From an uncultured Candidatus Rokubacteria bacterium (GTDB lineage Bacteria > Methylomirabilota > Methylomirabilia > Rokubacteriales > DASRDR01): a stretch of DNA of 64,000 bases. A program made the position numbers and the translations under genes. Where the stretch lies: positions 1 through 64,000 of the forward strand of contig CAVPSB010000017.1 in assembly GCA_963708025.1 (NCBI GenBank), read 5' to 3'. The notes beneath the pieces were generated by a model. It saw only the letters and a program-made list of their open reading frames with translations, did not search any database and was not told the origin of the DNA. Positions 43,444 through 53,709 of this stretch are shown here, in pieces (the stretch's first letter is position 1; every line of letters starts with the position of its first letter).

Positions 43444-44575
43444 ATGAAGGGCCGCGTCGCCGTCATCACGAAGTACCAGGGGGATTTCGAGATCCGAGAG
43501 TACCCGGTGCCCGAGATCGAGCCCGACGCCGCGCTGGTGAAGATCACCCGGGGCGGCATCTGCGGCTCCGACCTCCACATCTGGCGCGGCGAGCTGCAGG
43601 ACGCCATCGGTGCGCCGGATCGGGGCCAGACCTTCGGCCACGAGATGTGCGGGGTCGTCGAGCGGCTCGGGAAGAACGTGAAGACCGACTCCACCGGCCA
43701 GCCCCTGGCCGAGGGCGACCGGGTCACCTATTGCTACTTCTATCCTTGCGGACGATGCCCCGCTTGCCTCGACGGCACCCGGGCGGCCTGCCCGAACAAG
43801 CGGCGGGGGACGCGCTACGCCGACGACCCGCCGCACTTCATCGGCGCCTTCGCCGACTACTACTACCTGCGCCCCGGCCACTTCGTCTACCGGATCCCGC
43901 AGACGATCTCGGACGACGTCGCCACCCCGGTCAACTGCGCGCTGGCCCAGGTCCTCTACGGCCTCGACCGGGTCGGCGTGCGGATCGGGGACACCGTGGT
44001 CATGCAGGGCGCGGGCGGGCTCGGGCTCAACGCCAGCGCCGTGGCCAAGGAGATGGGCGCGGCGAAGGTCATCGTCATCGACCAGATCCCGGAGCGGCTG
44101 GAGCTGGCGCGCCGGTTCGGCGCCGACCACACGCTGAGCCTCCAGGAGCTGCCCAAGCCCGAGGACCGCGTGGCGGCGGTCCGGGAGCTGACCCGGGGCT
44201 GGGGAGCGGACATCGTCTGCGATTTCGTGGGCTTCCCGAAGGTGATCCCCGAGGGCCTCCAGATGCTGAAGTCCGGCGGTACCTACCTCGAGATCGGCAC
44301 CATCAGCCCGCCGCTGAAGCGTCGAGCTCCACCCGTCTCAGCTCGTGTGGGGATCGAAGACGATCGTCGGCATGATCCAGTACGAGCCGTGGGCGATCCA
44401 GCGGGCGCTGACCTTCCTGGAGACGAACCTCCGGAAGTATCCGTTCGCCGAGGTCGTCTCGCACACGTATCCCCTGGAGCGCATCACCGAGGGCTTCCGC
44501 GACTCGGAGTGGCTCGGCAAGCAGCACGATCCGCACAAGATCAGCCGCGCCGCCGTCGCCCCCTGGGGGAAGTGA
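43444..44575 (+). CDS. Zinc-binding alcohol dehydrogenase (frameshift ~44320)
   Basis: GICGSDLH, GHE, CGRCPAC, GAGGLG. Confidence 0.9.
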
Positions 44576-45090
44576 CGGACGCCGTCGTCCTCCGGCCGGC
44601 GACCGAGGCGGACGTCCCCACCATCCTGGAGCTGATTCGGGGGATCGCCGAGTACGAGCGGCTGAGCCACGAGGTCGAGGCGACCAAAGCCCTCCTCCGC
44701 CGCCACGGCTTCGGTCCCCGGCCCATCTTCGAGGCGGTGCTGGCGGAGCGCGCCGGGCGCGCGGTGGGCTTCGCCCTCTACTTCTTCACGTTCTCCACCT
44801 TCAAGGCGCGCCCGACCCTCTACCTCGAGGACCTGTTCGTCCGTCCCGAGGAGCGCGGGCGCGGGATCGGGCGCCAGCTGCTGGTGCGGCTCGCCCGCAT
44901 CGCCGTGGAGCGGGAGTGTGGGCGGATGGAGTGGTCGGTCCTCGACTGGAACAGTCCGGCCCGCGACTTCTACTTCAAGCTGAGCGCGGTGGCGATGGAC
45001 GAGTGGACCGTCTTCCGGATGACCCCCGACGCCTTCGGCCGCCTGGCCCGGGAGGAGACCCCGGGCGCACCGGCCGACGAGGCAATGTGA
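44572..45090 (+). CDS. GNAT N-acetyltransferase (diamine acetyltransferase-like)
   Basis: LYLEDLFV, RGRGIG, WSVLDWN. Confidence 0.9.
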   Translation: MTDAVVLRPATEADVPTILELIRGIAEYERLSHEVEATKALLRRHGFGPRPIFEAVLAERAGRAVGFALYFFTFSTFKARPTLYLEDLFVRPEERGRGIGRQLLVRLARIAVERECGRMEWSVLDWNSPARDFYFKLSAVAMDEWTVFRMTPDAFGRLAREETPGAPADEAM

Positions 45091-45093
45091 TCT

Positions 45094-45786
45094 CTACTCG
45101 CGGTCCATGCTGATCTGAAGGCGGTAGGTGTCGGCGATCGTGCCAGGCGCGACGCCGTGCGCGGCCAGCCGCTCCGGATGCAGCGGCCCGGCGGCCAGGG
45201 CCTCGGCGATGCGCGCGTCGCTCACCTCGACGAGCAGGACGAACGGACAGGGCTTCTCGGCCTCGGCCACCTCGCCGCCCTTCAGCTTCCCCTCCGCGGT
45301 CCGGATGCGGGTGGTCTCCGCCACCGTCTCCACCACGTGGACCCCGACCACCTCGGCCAGTTGACGCACGAAGGCCAGGCCCTGGCCCGTGAGCGTCTCC
45401 TGCAGCATCGCCTCGCCGCCGGCCCGCGGATGGAGGCGCAGCGTCAGCAGCCCGCCCCCCTGGCCCCGGCCGCTCGACGCCAGGACCCGGCAGCCGATGC
45501 GCACGGTGTCGCGGAAATGCGGCAGCACCCGCTGGGTCCACGGGGTCGGGTTGTTGAGGCGGGCGAGGTAGGGCTCGCTCCGGATCGTCTCGACGCTCTC
45601 GGTCTCGTAGAGGTCCAGGTACTCGCGCGGCCGGGCCGAGTGCGCGTAGCGGCGGCCACGGAGGAAGCCGGGCACGCCGACCCGCTCGGCGATGTGCTCC
45701 CGGTTGTGCCAGCGGATCATCTCCTCGTCGCCTTCCGCCGTCATGCCGTGCCAGATCACCAGCACGCCCTTTCCGAGCAACGCCAT
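45094..45786 (-). CDS. Hypothetical protein (dimeric alpha/beta barrel-like)
   Basis: WHNREHIAERVGVPGFLRGRRY. Confidence 0.7.
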   Translation of the reverse strand: MALLGKGVLVIWHGMTAEGDEEMIRWHNREHIAERVGVPGFLRGRRYAHSARPREYLDLYETESVETIRSEPYLARLNNPTPWTQRVLPHFRDTVRIGCRVLASSGRGQGGGLLTLRLHPRAGGEAMLQETLTGQGLAFVRQLAEVVGVHVVETVAETTRIRTAEGKLKGGEVAEAEKPCPFVLLVEVSDARIAEALAAGPLHPERLAAHGVAPGTIADTYRLQISMDRE

Positions 45787-45802
45787 CCTCTGTCCCTCCA
45801 GG

Positions 45803-46780
45803 TCAATCGCCGGGGGCCACGGCGCCGACCAGCGTGTCGGCCGCGTGCGGGGCGTCGGCGCCGCCGATCAGCCGGACGGCCGGTAGCGTGACGCCCGCGG
45901 CGCGATAGGACTCGACGTACGTGCGGACCGCGGTCCCGTCACCGATCGCGCCCAGGGCGCCGCCGAGCGCCGCCGGCACCGCGTCGGCGGCCGGACGCCG
46001 GTCGCGGTCCCGATCGAAGGCGGCCAGCGCCTCGGCGAAGCCGCTGGCCCGCAGCATCGCCCGGTAGTACGGCAGGCCGAGATACCGCACCAGCTCGTCG
46101 CGGAAGGTCGCGGTCACGCCGGCGACGTCGGAGGTGACCGCGACCGGAACCGCCGCCACGATCTCGAAGCCGTCCAGGGTCTTCCCAGCCTTCGCCCGGC
46201 CGCGGGCCAGCGCCGGGCGGGCGACGTCGCGGACGTAAGCCGGGGCGCAGAGCCAGAGGACGACGCCGTCGGCCACCTCACCGGCCAGCTCCAGCATCGG
46301 CGTCGAGAGGCCGGCCAGGTAGAGCGGCGGCGGTGGCGACGGCGGCCGGAACGCCGCGTCCCACGCCACCCGGTAGTAGCGCCCCGCCACGCGGGCCCGA
46401 CCGCCGAGGGCCGCCCGCAGCACTTCCACGTACTCCCGCATGACGTCGAGCGGCTGCGCCATGTCGAGGCCGAGAGCCTCGGTCATCGACGGCCGGTGGC
46501 TCACGCCGATCCCGAGCCGGAACCGGCCGCCCGACAGCTCGGCGAGCGTCGCCGCCTCCTGGGCCATCGCCACCGGGTGGCGCGGGTAGATCGGCACGAC
46601 GCCGGTGCCCAGGCCCACCCGCCGGGTGGCCTGCCCATAGGCCGCCAGCACCAGGAACGAGTCGCGCCCCAGACCGTGCGTGACCCACAGGCTGTCGTAG
46701 CCGAGCTCGTCGGCCCGCCGCGCCAGCGCGATCGCGCGGCCGAGATCGTCGCGAGGCAGGAGATAGGCACCGACGCGCAT
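45803..46780 (-). CDS. LLM-class flavin-dependent oxidoreductase
   Basis: SGGRFRLGIG, LAGEVADG. Confidence 0.88.
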   Translation of the reverse strand: MRVGAYLLPRDDLGRAIALARRADELGYDSLWVTHGLGRDSFLVLAAYGQATRRVGLGTGVVPIYPRHPVAMAQEAATLAELSGGRFRLGIGVSHRPSMTEALGLDMAQPLDVMREYVEVLRAALGGRARVAGRYYRVAWDAAFRPPSPPPPLYLAGLSTPMLELAGEVADGVVLWLCAPAYVRDVARPALARGRAKAGKTLDGFEIVAAVPVAVTSDVAGVTATFRDELVRYLGLPYYRAMLRASGFAEALAAFDRDRDRRPAADAVPAALGGALGAIGDGTAVRTYVESYRAAGVTLPAVRLIGGADAPHAADTLVGAVAPGD

Positions 46781-46851
46781 GGCCCCGATAGGATAGCAGA
46801 GTCGCCGCCGGCCCCGTTGCGCGACCTCCGCCGCTCGGGTAGCATCGGCGC

Positions 46852-47730
46852 GTGCTGCTCCAGCAGGCCGTGAACGCGGTCACCCTCGGCAGCCTCTACG
46901 CGCTGATCGCCATTGGGCTCGCCATCACCTTCTCGATCCTGGACGTGGTGAACTTCGCCCAGGGCTCGATGGTGATGTGGGGGGCGTACCTCGGCGTGGT
47001 CTTCGCGGTCTCGGTGGGGCTGGGGTTCTGGGTGCCGATGCTGAGCGCCATGCTCCTGGTGGGCCTCATCGGCATCGCGCTCGAGCGCTCGGCCCTCTAC
47101 CCGCTCCGGATCCGGAACGCGCCGCCCATCGCCGCGCTGCTGGCGACACTCGGCGCCGCCACGATCCTCGACCACCTGATCCTGATCGTGTTCGGCCCCG
47201 ACACCCGGGCCTTCCCGAGCCCCTTCCCGGTTCGCATGCTGACCCTCGGCGACGCGCAGATCTCGACCCTCGAGCTGACGATCACCGCGGTCGCGCTCGG
47301 GCTCCTCGGCGCGCTCCAGGCGCTGCTCGTCCGCACCCGGATCGGCCTGGCCATGCGGGCCATCGCGCAGAACGGCCGGGTGGCCGGGCTGATGGGGATC
47401 AACACGGACCGGATCGTCGCCCTCGCCTTCGGGATCGGCTCCGCGGTAGGCGGGGTGGGCGGCGTCCTCACCGGCATCTACTACAACTCGGTCGACATCG
47501 GCATGGGCTACTCGGCCGGGCTCAAGGGCTTCAGCGCGATGGTGATCGGCGGCATGGGCAGCCTCCCCGGCGCGATCCTCGGGGGCTTTCTCCTGGGGAC
47601 GGCCGAGACCGCGGCCACGACCTTCTTCTGGTCGGGCTACCGCGACATCGTCGCCTTCGGCCTGCTCATCTTCGTCCTGATCGTGCGACCGGCGGGTCTG
47701 CTCGGGACGCCGGAGATCCGAAAGGTCTAG
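46852..47730 (+). CDS. livH: Branched-chain amino acid ABC permease
   Basis: GSLYALIAIG, VNFAQG, GGMGSLPGA. Confidence 0.9.
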   Translation: MLLQQAVNAVTLGSLYALIAIGLAITFSILDVVNFAQGSMVMWGAYLGVVFAVSVGLGFWVPMLSAMLLVGLIGIALERSALYPLRIRNAPPIAALLATLGAATILDHLILIVFGPDTRAFPSPFPVRMLTLGDAQISTLELTITAVALGLLGALQALLVRTRIGLAMRAIAQNGRVAGLMGINTDRIVALAFGIGSAVGGVGGVLTGIYYNSVDIGMGYSAGLKGFSAMVIGGMGSLPGAILGGFLLGTAETAATTFFWSGYRDIVAFGLLIFVLIVRPAGLLGTPEIRKV

Positions 47731-47869
47731 CGGGCGGGCCGATGAGCGTCGCATCGCGTCGTCCTCGGTCGTCGCCGATCCTCGGCGTACTCGGAGTACG
47801 CCTCCGGTCGGGCGACGCCCTGCGTCCTGGCGCTGCTCGCTCCTCGGCCCGAGGCCCGAGAACTTGACT
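47727..47869 (+). repeat. Family A element, copy 3 (inside the liv operon)
   Basis: Starts at the livH CTAG stop. Confidence 0.95.
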
Positions 47870-47937
47870 GATGGCTGTCGCACGCCTCGAGGAGGCTCGC
47901 CGTTAGGCTGCTGGGCCGGCGGCTGCTGCTGGGGGGC

Positions 47938-48843
47938 GTGCTGGCCGTGGCCGTGCTCGTCCCCGGGCTCACGCGCTCCCAGTACGTGCTGCACGTCGCG
48001 GTCCTGTGCGGCATCTACGTGGTGCTGACGCTCTCCCTCAATCTCGTCACCGGCTTCTGCGGCCAGTTCTCGCTCGGTCACGCCGGCTTCTACGGGATCG
48101 GGGCCTACACGGCGGCGCTGCTCGCGGTGCATTACGCCAGCCCGTTCCTGGCGAACCTGGTCGCCGCCGCCCTCGTCGCGGGCGCCGTCGGGTTCCTGAT
48201 CGGCCTGCCGACCCTCCGGCTGGGCGGCATCTACCTGGCGATGGCCACCCTCGGCTTCGGCGAGATCATCTACCTCGTGCTCCTCAACTGGCTGGCCCTC
48301 ACCCGCGGTCCCCTCGGCATCCCGGCCATCCCCGGCCCGGCGGTCCTCGGCCTCGACCTGGGCACCCCCGCCCGGCAGTACTACGTGATCCTGGCCCTGG
48401 CCGTCCTCACCGCCCTCGTCGTGTCGCGGCTGGTCAACTCCCGGTTCGGCGAGGCGATCCAGGCCATCCGCGAGGACGAGATCGCCGCCGAGGCAATGGG
48501 CGTCCCGACCACGGCCCTGAAGGTCCTGACCTTCACGGTCTCGGCGGCGATCGCCGGCGTGGCCGGCGCGTTCTTCGCCCACTACACGTCGTTCATCAGC
48601 CCCAGCTCGTTCACCCTCGTCGAGTCGATCCTCGTGCTCTCCCTCCTCGTCTTCGGCGGGATGGGGAGCATCGAGGGCTCGATCGCCGGGGCGGTGCTCC
48701 TCACCATCGCCCCCGAGGTCTTCCGCTTCCTCGCCGAGTACCGTCTGGTGATCTACGGCGCCCTGCTGCTCGGCCTCATCGTGTTCCGGCCCCAGGGACT
48801 CCTGGGTGGCATCAACCTCGGGCTGACCCGCCACGCCAGTTGA
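47938..48843 (+). CDS. livM: Branched-chain amino acid ABC permease; true start may be upstream
   Basis: GQFSLGHAGF, LAMATLGFGE, IREDEIAAEAMG. Confidence 0.9.
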   Translation: MLAVAVLVPGLTRSQYVLHVAVLCGIYVVLTLSLNLVTGFCGQFSLGHAGFYGIGAYTAALLAVHYASPFLANLVAAALVAGAVGFLIGLPTLRLGGIYLAMATLGFGEIIYLVLLNWLALTRGPLGIPAIPGPAVLGLDLGTPARQYYVILALAVLTALVVSRLVNSRFGEAIQAIREDEIAAEAMGVPTTALKVLTFTVSAAIAGVAGAFFAHYTSFISPSSFTLVESILVLSLLVFGGMGSIEGSIAGAVLLTIAPEVFRFLAEYRLVIYGALLLGLIVFRPQGLLGGINLGLTRHAS

Positions 48844-49607
48844 GCGACGCGGCGCTCGTGCTCGACCGCCTCTCGATCCACTTCGGCGGCCTCCGGGCCG
48901 TCCAGGAACTGTCGCTCGCGGTCCCGGCGGGCCAGATCTTCTCGATCATCGGGCCGAACGGCGCCGGCAAGACGACCATCTTCAACGCGGTCAGTGGGCT
49001 GTACGCCCCGACCTCGGGGGAGATCCTCTTCGAGGGTCGCCGGGTCACGCGGCTCGCCCCCCACGCCCGGGCCCGGCTCGGCATCAGCCGGACCTTCCAG
49101 AACATCCGGCTCTTCCGCGAGCTGACCGTGCGGGAGAACATCCGGGTCGCCCGCTACTGCCGGACGCGAGCCAGCGTGGTCGCCTCGCTCGTCCGCACGT
49201 CGAGCATGCGGCGCGAGCGCCGCGAGACCGATGCGACGGTGGACACCCTCCTCGGCCGCCTCGGTCTCGCCGGCCGCGCCGAGGAGCTGGCGCGGAACCT
49301 TCCCTACGGCGAGCAGAAGCGCGTGGAGATCGCCCGGGCCCTGGCCTCCGAGCCCCGGCTGCTCCTGCTCGACGAGCCAGCGGCGGGGACGAGCGCCGGC
49401 GAGGCGACCGAGCTGATGGCGCTCATCCGGGGACTCCGCGACCAGGGGCTCACCATCCTGCTCGTCGAGCATCACATCCGGGTGGTGATGCAGGTCTCCG
49501 ACCGCATCGCCGTGCTGAACCACGGCGAGCTGATCGCCGAGGGCCCCCCCGAGACCGTCCGCCGGGACCCGGCGGTCATCGCGGCCTATCTCGGGGAGGA
49601 GGCGTGA
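48840..49607 (+). CDS. livG: ABC transporter ATP-binding protein
   Basis: GPNGAGKTT, RTFQ, LPYG, LLDEPAAG. Confidence 0.92.
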   Translation: MSDAALVLDRLSIHFGGLRAVQELSLAVPAGQIFSIIGPNGAGKTTIFNAVSGLYAPTSGEILFEGRRVTRLAPHARARLGISRTFQNIRLFRELTVRENIRVARYCRTRASVVASLVRTSSMRRERRETDATVDTLLGRLGLAGRAEELARNLPYGEQKRVEIARALASEPRLLLLDEPAAGTSAGEATELMALIRGLRDQGLTILLVEHHIRVVMQVSDRIAVLNHGELIAEGPPETVRRDPAVIAAYLGEEA

Positions 49608-50044
49608 TGGCGTGGCTCGCCTGGGTCGCGACGGCCGCGAGCGGCCTCTTCGCGGGGGCGGCCCTCTACGTCACCCTCGTCGAGCACCCGGCCCGGGTCG
49701 GCTGCGGACCCATGGTGGCGGTGGCGCAGTTCCGCCTGAGCTACCCGCGCGGGGCCGCCCTCCAGGCGCCGCTCGCCGTCATCGGCGGCCTGGCCGCGCT
49801 CGGCGTCTGGCTGGCCGGCGGCGCCCTGGCCTGGCTGGCCGCCGGCGTCCTGCTGGGCCTCGTCGTCCCCGTCACGCTCGTCGCCATCATGCCGACCAAC
49901 CGCCGGCTGCTCGACCGCGGGCTCGAGCCCGACACCCCCGAGGCCGAGCGGCTGCTCCGCCGCTGGGGCCACCTGCACCTGATCCGCACCGTCCTCGGCC
50001 TGCTCGCGTTCGGCTGGATGCTCCGGCTCCTTCTCACGCGCTGA
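49604..50044 (+). CDS. DUF1772 family membrane protein
   Basis: VEHPAR, IMPTNRRL, WGHLHLIRT. Confidence 0.8.
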   Translation: MMAWLAWVATAASGLFAGAALYVTLVEHPARVGCGPMVAVAQFRLSYPRGAALQAPLAVIGGLAALGVWLAGGALAWLAAGVLLGLVVPVTLVAIMPTNRRLLDRGLEPDTPEAERLLRRWGHLHLIRTVLGLLAFGWMLRLLLTR

Positions 50045-50079
50045 CAGGCTGTGGAGCACGATTAGTGGTCGGTCCGACA

Positions 50080-50131
50080 CCCCCCTCCCCCCCGGTGGGT
50101 GGGGGAGGGGGGCTGGGGGGTGGGCGGGAGG
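50080..50131 (+). repeat. Family C repeat
   Basis: Near-identical to 6139-6190. Confidence 0.85.
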
Positions 50132-50139
50132 CACCGAAG

Positions 50140-50844
50140 ATGCTGGAGATCCGTGATCTCGAGATCAACTACGGGGCGATCCGCGCCGTTCGCGGCGTCT
50201 CGCTCGAGGTCCGGCCGCGCGAGATCGTCACGCTGGTGGGCAACAACGGCGCCGGCAAGTCCTCGACCCTCAACGCCGTCGCCGGGCTCGTCCGCCCGGC
50301 GGCCGGTGCGATCCGGCTGGACGCCGCGCCGGTCGCGGGACTGCCGCCGTACCGGCTGGTCGAGCGCGGGGTGAGCCTGGCGCCCGAGGGCCGGCAGGTC
50401 TTCCCGCGCTTCACGGTCGAGGAAAACCTCGCGGTGGGCGCCTACGCCCGGCGCGATCGGTCGGCGATCGCCGCCGATCTCGAGCGGGTCTTCGGGCTGT
50501 TCCCGGTGCTCCGGGAGCGGCGGCGCCAGCCGGCCGGCACGCTCTCCGGCGGGGAGCAGCAGATGCTGACGATCGGGCGGGCCCTGATGGCGCGCCCGCG
50601 GCTCCTCTTGCTCGACGAGCCCTCGCTCGGGCTGGCGCCGCTGGTCGCCCAGCAGATCTTCGCCACCATCGGGGAGATCCGCCGCCAGGGGCTGACCGTC
50701 CTGCTCGTGGAGCAGAACGTTCACCTCGCCTTCAAGGTCGCCGATCGCGCCTACGTCATGGAGACCGGCCGGGTGCGCCTGAGCGGCACCCCGGCCGAGC
50801 TGTCCCGCGACGAGGCGGTGGTCCGCACCTATCTCGGCGGCTGA
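50140..50844 (+). CDS. livF: ABC transporter ATP-binding protein
   Basis: GNNGAGKS, PEGR, LSGGEQQML, DEPSLGLAP. Confidence 0.92.
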   Translation: MLEIRDLEINYGAIRAVRGVSLEVRPREIVTLVGNNGAGKSSTLNAVAGLVRPAAGAIRLDAAPVAGLPPYRLVERGVSLAPEGRQVFPRFTVEENLAVGAYARRDRSAIAADLERVFGLFPVLRERRRQPAGTLSGGEQQMLTIGRALMARPRLLLLDEPSLGLAPLVAQQIFATIGEIRRQGLTVLLVEQNVHLAFKVADRAYVMETGRVRLSGTPAELSRDEAVVRTYLGG

Positions 50845-50866
50845 CGCGCCGACGGAGGGAAGCGCC

Positions 50867-50991
50867 GTGACCCAGCACACCGTCCTCTACTGGAACCTGG
50901 ACCTTTCCGGACCAAGATGCGGTTCGCGTTCGCGAACATGCGCCGCTTCGCCGAGGGCGAGCCGCCGCTCGAGCGCGTCCCCGACACGTAG
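50867..50991 (+). pseudogene. Collapsed gene: short start joined to a 2-hydroxyacid dehydrogenase-like C-terminus
   Basis: GGAGG + GTG (MTQHTVLYW), then out-of-frame FRTKMRFAFANMRRFAEGEPPLERVPDT*. Confidence 0.55.
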
Positions 50992-51012
50992 CCCGGCGCA
51001 GCGGCCGCCGGC

Positions 51013-51748
51013 ATGCCCTCGCCGACCCTGACCGCCGTCCTGCTCGTCGCCGCGCTGCCCACCGCGGTGATCGGCGGCGTGGTGGGCTTCGGCACCGGGC
51101 TCTCGATGCTGCCCCTCGTCGTCTGGGCGGTCGGGGTGCGGGCCAGCGTTCCCGTCCTGTCGATCGCGCTCCTCCTCGGCAATGTCTCCCGCGCCTGGTT
51201 CAGCCGCCGCGAGCTCGACTGGCGCGTGATCGCCGCCTACCTGGCCGGCGCGCTGCCGCTGGCCGTCCTCGGCTCCGTGGTCTACGTGAGCGCCCGCCTC
51301 GACTGGCTCTCCCGCCTGATGGGCGTCGTCATGCTGTGCTCGGTGCCGCTCCGGCGCTGGCTCGAGCGCGGCCCGATGCGTATGCGGCTCGCCCACTTCC
51401 CGCTGCTCGGCGCCGTCTACGGGGTTCCTCTCGGCGCTGGTCGCTGCCATCGGACCGGTGAACACGCCGTTCTTCCTGGGCTACGGCCTCCGCCGGGGCG
51501 GGTACGTCGGGACGGAGGCCGCCTGCGTCGCGGTCGTCCATCTCACGAAGACGCTCGTCTACCGACGCTACGCGCTGGTGAACGCCGAGACCGCCGGCCT
51601 CGGACTGGCGATGGGCGCGGTCATGGTCGTGGGCGCGTATCTCGGCCGGCGCATCCTGGAGCGGATGAGCGACCGCACCTTCGTCGTGGTCGTCGAGGTC
51701 CTGATCACCGGGCTCGGACTGTTCTTCATCCTGTTCCCATCCGGGTGA
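51013..51748 (+). CDS. Sulfite exporter TauE/SafE family (frameshift ~51425)
   Basis: GGVVGFGTG, GTEAA, multiple TM segments. Confidence 0.8.
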
Positions 51749-51771
51749 CCCCGGCGACCGGCGCCGACCGC

Positions 51772-51801
51772 TTGACGAACGCCCGGCCGACCTCGTAGCG
51801 T
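51772..51801 (+). promoter_or_regulatory. Sigma70-like promoter of the thioesterase
   Basis: TTGACG-N18-TAGCGT. Confidence 0.55.
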
Positions 51802-51824
51802 ACCGCTGGCAAGGAGGCGCCGAC

Positions 51825-52223
51825 ATGGAGATCACCCCCGGGCTCTCGGGCGATGCCGTGATCGTGGTGGGGCCCCAGGACACCGCCGACGCGCTGGGGA
51901 ACCGGGGCGTGCACGTTCTCGCGACGCCGCGCCTGTGCGGCCTCCTGGAGGAAGCGGCCATCGCCGCCGTGCAGGCGGAGCTGCCGCCGGGGGCGGGGAC
52001 GGTCGGCACGCGGCTGGACGTGAAACACCTGGCCGCCACCCCGGTCGGCTTCCGGGTCCGCGCGCGAGCCGTCCTCCGCGAGGTGGACGGACGCCGCTAC
52101 GTCTTCGACGTCGAGGCCCACGACGACTTCGAGAAGGTCGCCGAGGGGACCCACGAGCGCTTCCAGATCAACCAGGCGCGCTTCCTGGAGCGGGTCGCCG
52201 AGAAGGCGAGCCGCCGCGGCTGA
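51825..52223 (+). CDS. Fluoroacetyl-CoA thioesterase (FlK)-like hotdog thioesterase
   Basis: VLATP, E, TVG, HLAATPVG, GTHER. Confidence 0.88.
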   Translation: MEITPGLSGDAVIVVGPQDTADALGNRGVHVLATPRLCGLLEEAAIAAVQAELPPGAGTVGTRLDVKHLAATPVGFRVRARAVLREVDGRRYVFDVEAHDDFEKVAEGTHERFQINQARFLERVAEKASRRG

Positions 52224-52247
52224 GGCCCGGCCTTTCTCAGTTCGGAA

Positions 52248-52312
52248 CCTCCCGCCCCCAACCCCCTCCCCACCGTTGGACGGCCCTCACCTCAGCCCGG
52301 GGAGGGGGAGCC
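52248..52312 (-). repeat. Divergent family C-like palindrome between convergent genes
   Basis: CCTCCC.CCCCC..CCCCCTCCCC...GGGGAGGGGGAGCCGG, like 9214-9273. Confidence 0.55.
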
Positions 52313-52340
52313 GGAGAACGCCCCATTCCTTCACACGCTC

Positions 52341-53558
52341 TCAGATCACGCCGGCGGCGCGGAGCCGCTCGAGCTCCTCACGGCTCAGCCCCAGACGCCC
52401 GCCGTAGACCGCCTCGTTGTGCTCGCCCGGCTCCGTTGGTCCGAGCCGATCGATCGCGCCCGGCGTCCGGCTGAGCTTGGGCACGACGCCCACGACCGAC
52501 AGCAGGCCGCCGAGCGGATTCGCCATCGGAACGATGTTCTCGCGGGCCTTGACGTGGGGGTCCTCGAACAGGTCCCGGACGCTGTAGACGAGCGAGTTCG
52601 GGACCTCGGCCGCGGCGAGCCGGCGGAGCACCTCGGGGGCCGGGACGCTGGCCACCCACGCCTGGACGCGCCCGTCGAGCGCCTCGCGGTCCCGCACGCG
52701 ATCGGCCATGGTCGGGTAGCGCGCGAGCAGGTCCGGCTGCCCCATCGCCTCGACCAGCCGCTCGAACATCCGCTGGTTGGTGCACGCGATCGCCACCCAG
52801 CGGCCGTCGGCCGCCCGGTAGTGGTTGTGCGGGACGACGTGCTCGGCCCCCGACCCGATCCGCTCCCGCACGTGACCGGTCGCCGCGTAGGCGGGGATCA
52901 GCTCGTCGAGCATCCGCAGCATGGGCTCGTAGAGGCCGACGTCCACGACCTGCCCCTCGCCGGTCCGGCGCCGGTGCTCGAGCGCCACCAGGGCCCCGAC
53001 GGCGCCCAGGGCGCCGGCCAGGTAGTCCGGGATGGTCGGGGTGCCGGGCGAGACCGGCGGCCGGTCGGGATAGCCCGAGAGGTACGTGATCCCGCTCATC
53101 GCGGCCGCGATCCGACCGAAGCCCGGACGGTCGGCGTAGGGGCCGGTCTGGCCGTAGGCCGAGATGCGGACGAGGACCAGCCCCGGGTTGATCGCCCGGA
53201 GCTCCTCCCACCCGAGGTTCCAGCGCTCGAGGGTCCCCGGCCGGAAGTTCTCGGTCACGACGTCGGCCCGCGCCACCAGGCGCTTGACGAGCGCCTGGCC
53301 GTCCGGCACCCGCAGGTTGCAGGTCACCGACTTCTTGTTCCGCGACTCGGCCAGCCACCAGTACGACACCCCGGGCCCGGCCGGCGTCCCGAGCCGGCGG
53401 AGGTCGTCCCCCGCCCCCGGCTGCTCGACCTTGATCACCTCGGCGCCGAACTCGCCGAGGAGCGTCGAGCAGAAGGGCGCGGCGACGAACGTCGCCAGAT
53501 CGACGACGGTCAGCCCGTCGAGCGCGCGGGGGTTCATCGAAGCAGCGTCAGGACTCAA
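52341..53558 (-). CDS. CaiB/BaiF family III CoA-transferase
   Basis: FGAEVIKVE, RNKKSV, ENFRPG, AYGQTGPY. Confidence 0.93.
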   Translation of the reverse strand: MSPDAASMNPRALDGLTVVDLATFVAAPFCSTLLGEFGAEVIKVEQPGAGDDLRRLGTPAGPGVSYWWLAESRNKKSVTCNLRVPDGQALVKRLVARADVVTENFRPGTLERWNLGWEELRAINPGLVLVRISAYGQTGPYADRPGFGRIAAAMSGITYLSGYPDRPPVSPGTPTIPDYLAGALGAVGALVALEHRRRTGEGQVVDVGLYEPMLRMLDELIPAYAATGHVRERIGSGAEHVVPHNHYRAADGRWVAIACTNQRMFERLVEAMGQPDLLARYPTMADRVRDREALDGRVQAWVASVPAPEVLRRLAAAEVPNSLVYSVRDLFEDPHVKARENIVPMANPLGGLLSVVGVVPKLSRTPGAIDRLGPTEPGEHNEAVYGGRLGLSREELERLRAAGVI

Positions 53559-53709
53559 ATCGTGCGTTCCTCCTCCGGTCACCTCATCCGCGAGGCAGCC
53601 CGGGAAGAGGTCTACCGCAAAGCTCCCACCCCGCGCAACCCCGGCCCCGGGGACCGCGGGCTGAACAACCCCCACCGCGGCGACCGATTTGCTCTACCAT
53701 AGGAGCGTC

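Noticed and set aside
43363-45090. ADH-GNAT fusion protein in the ORF track
   Set aside because: Caused by a frameshift near 44320; the ADH C-terminus is in another frame and ends at 44575
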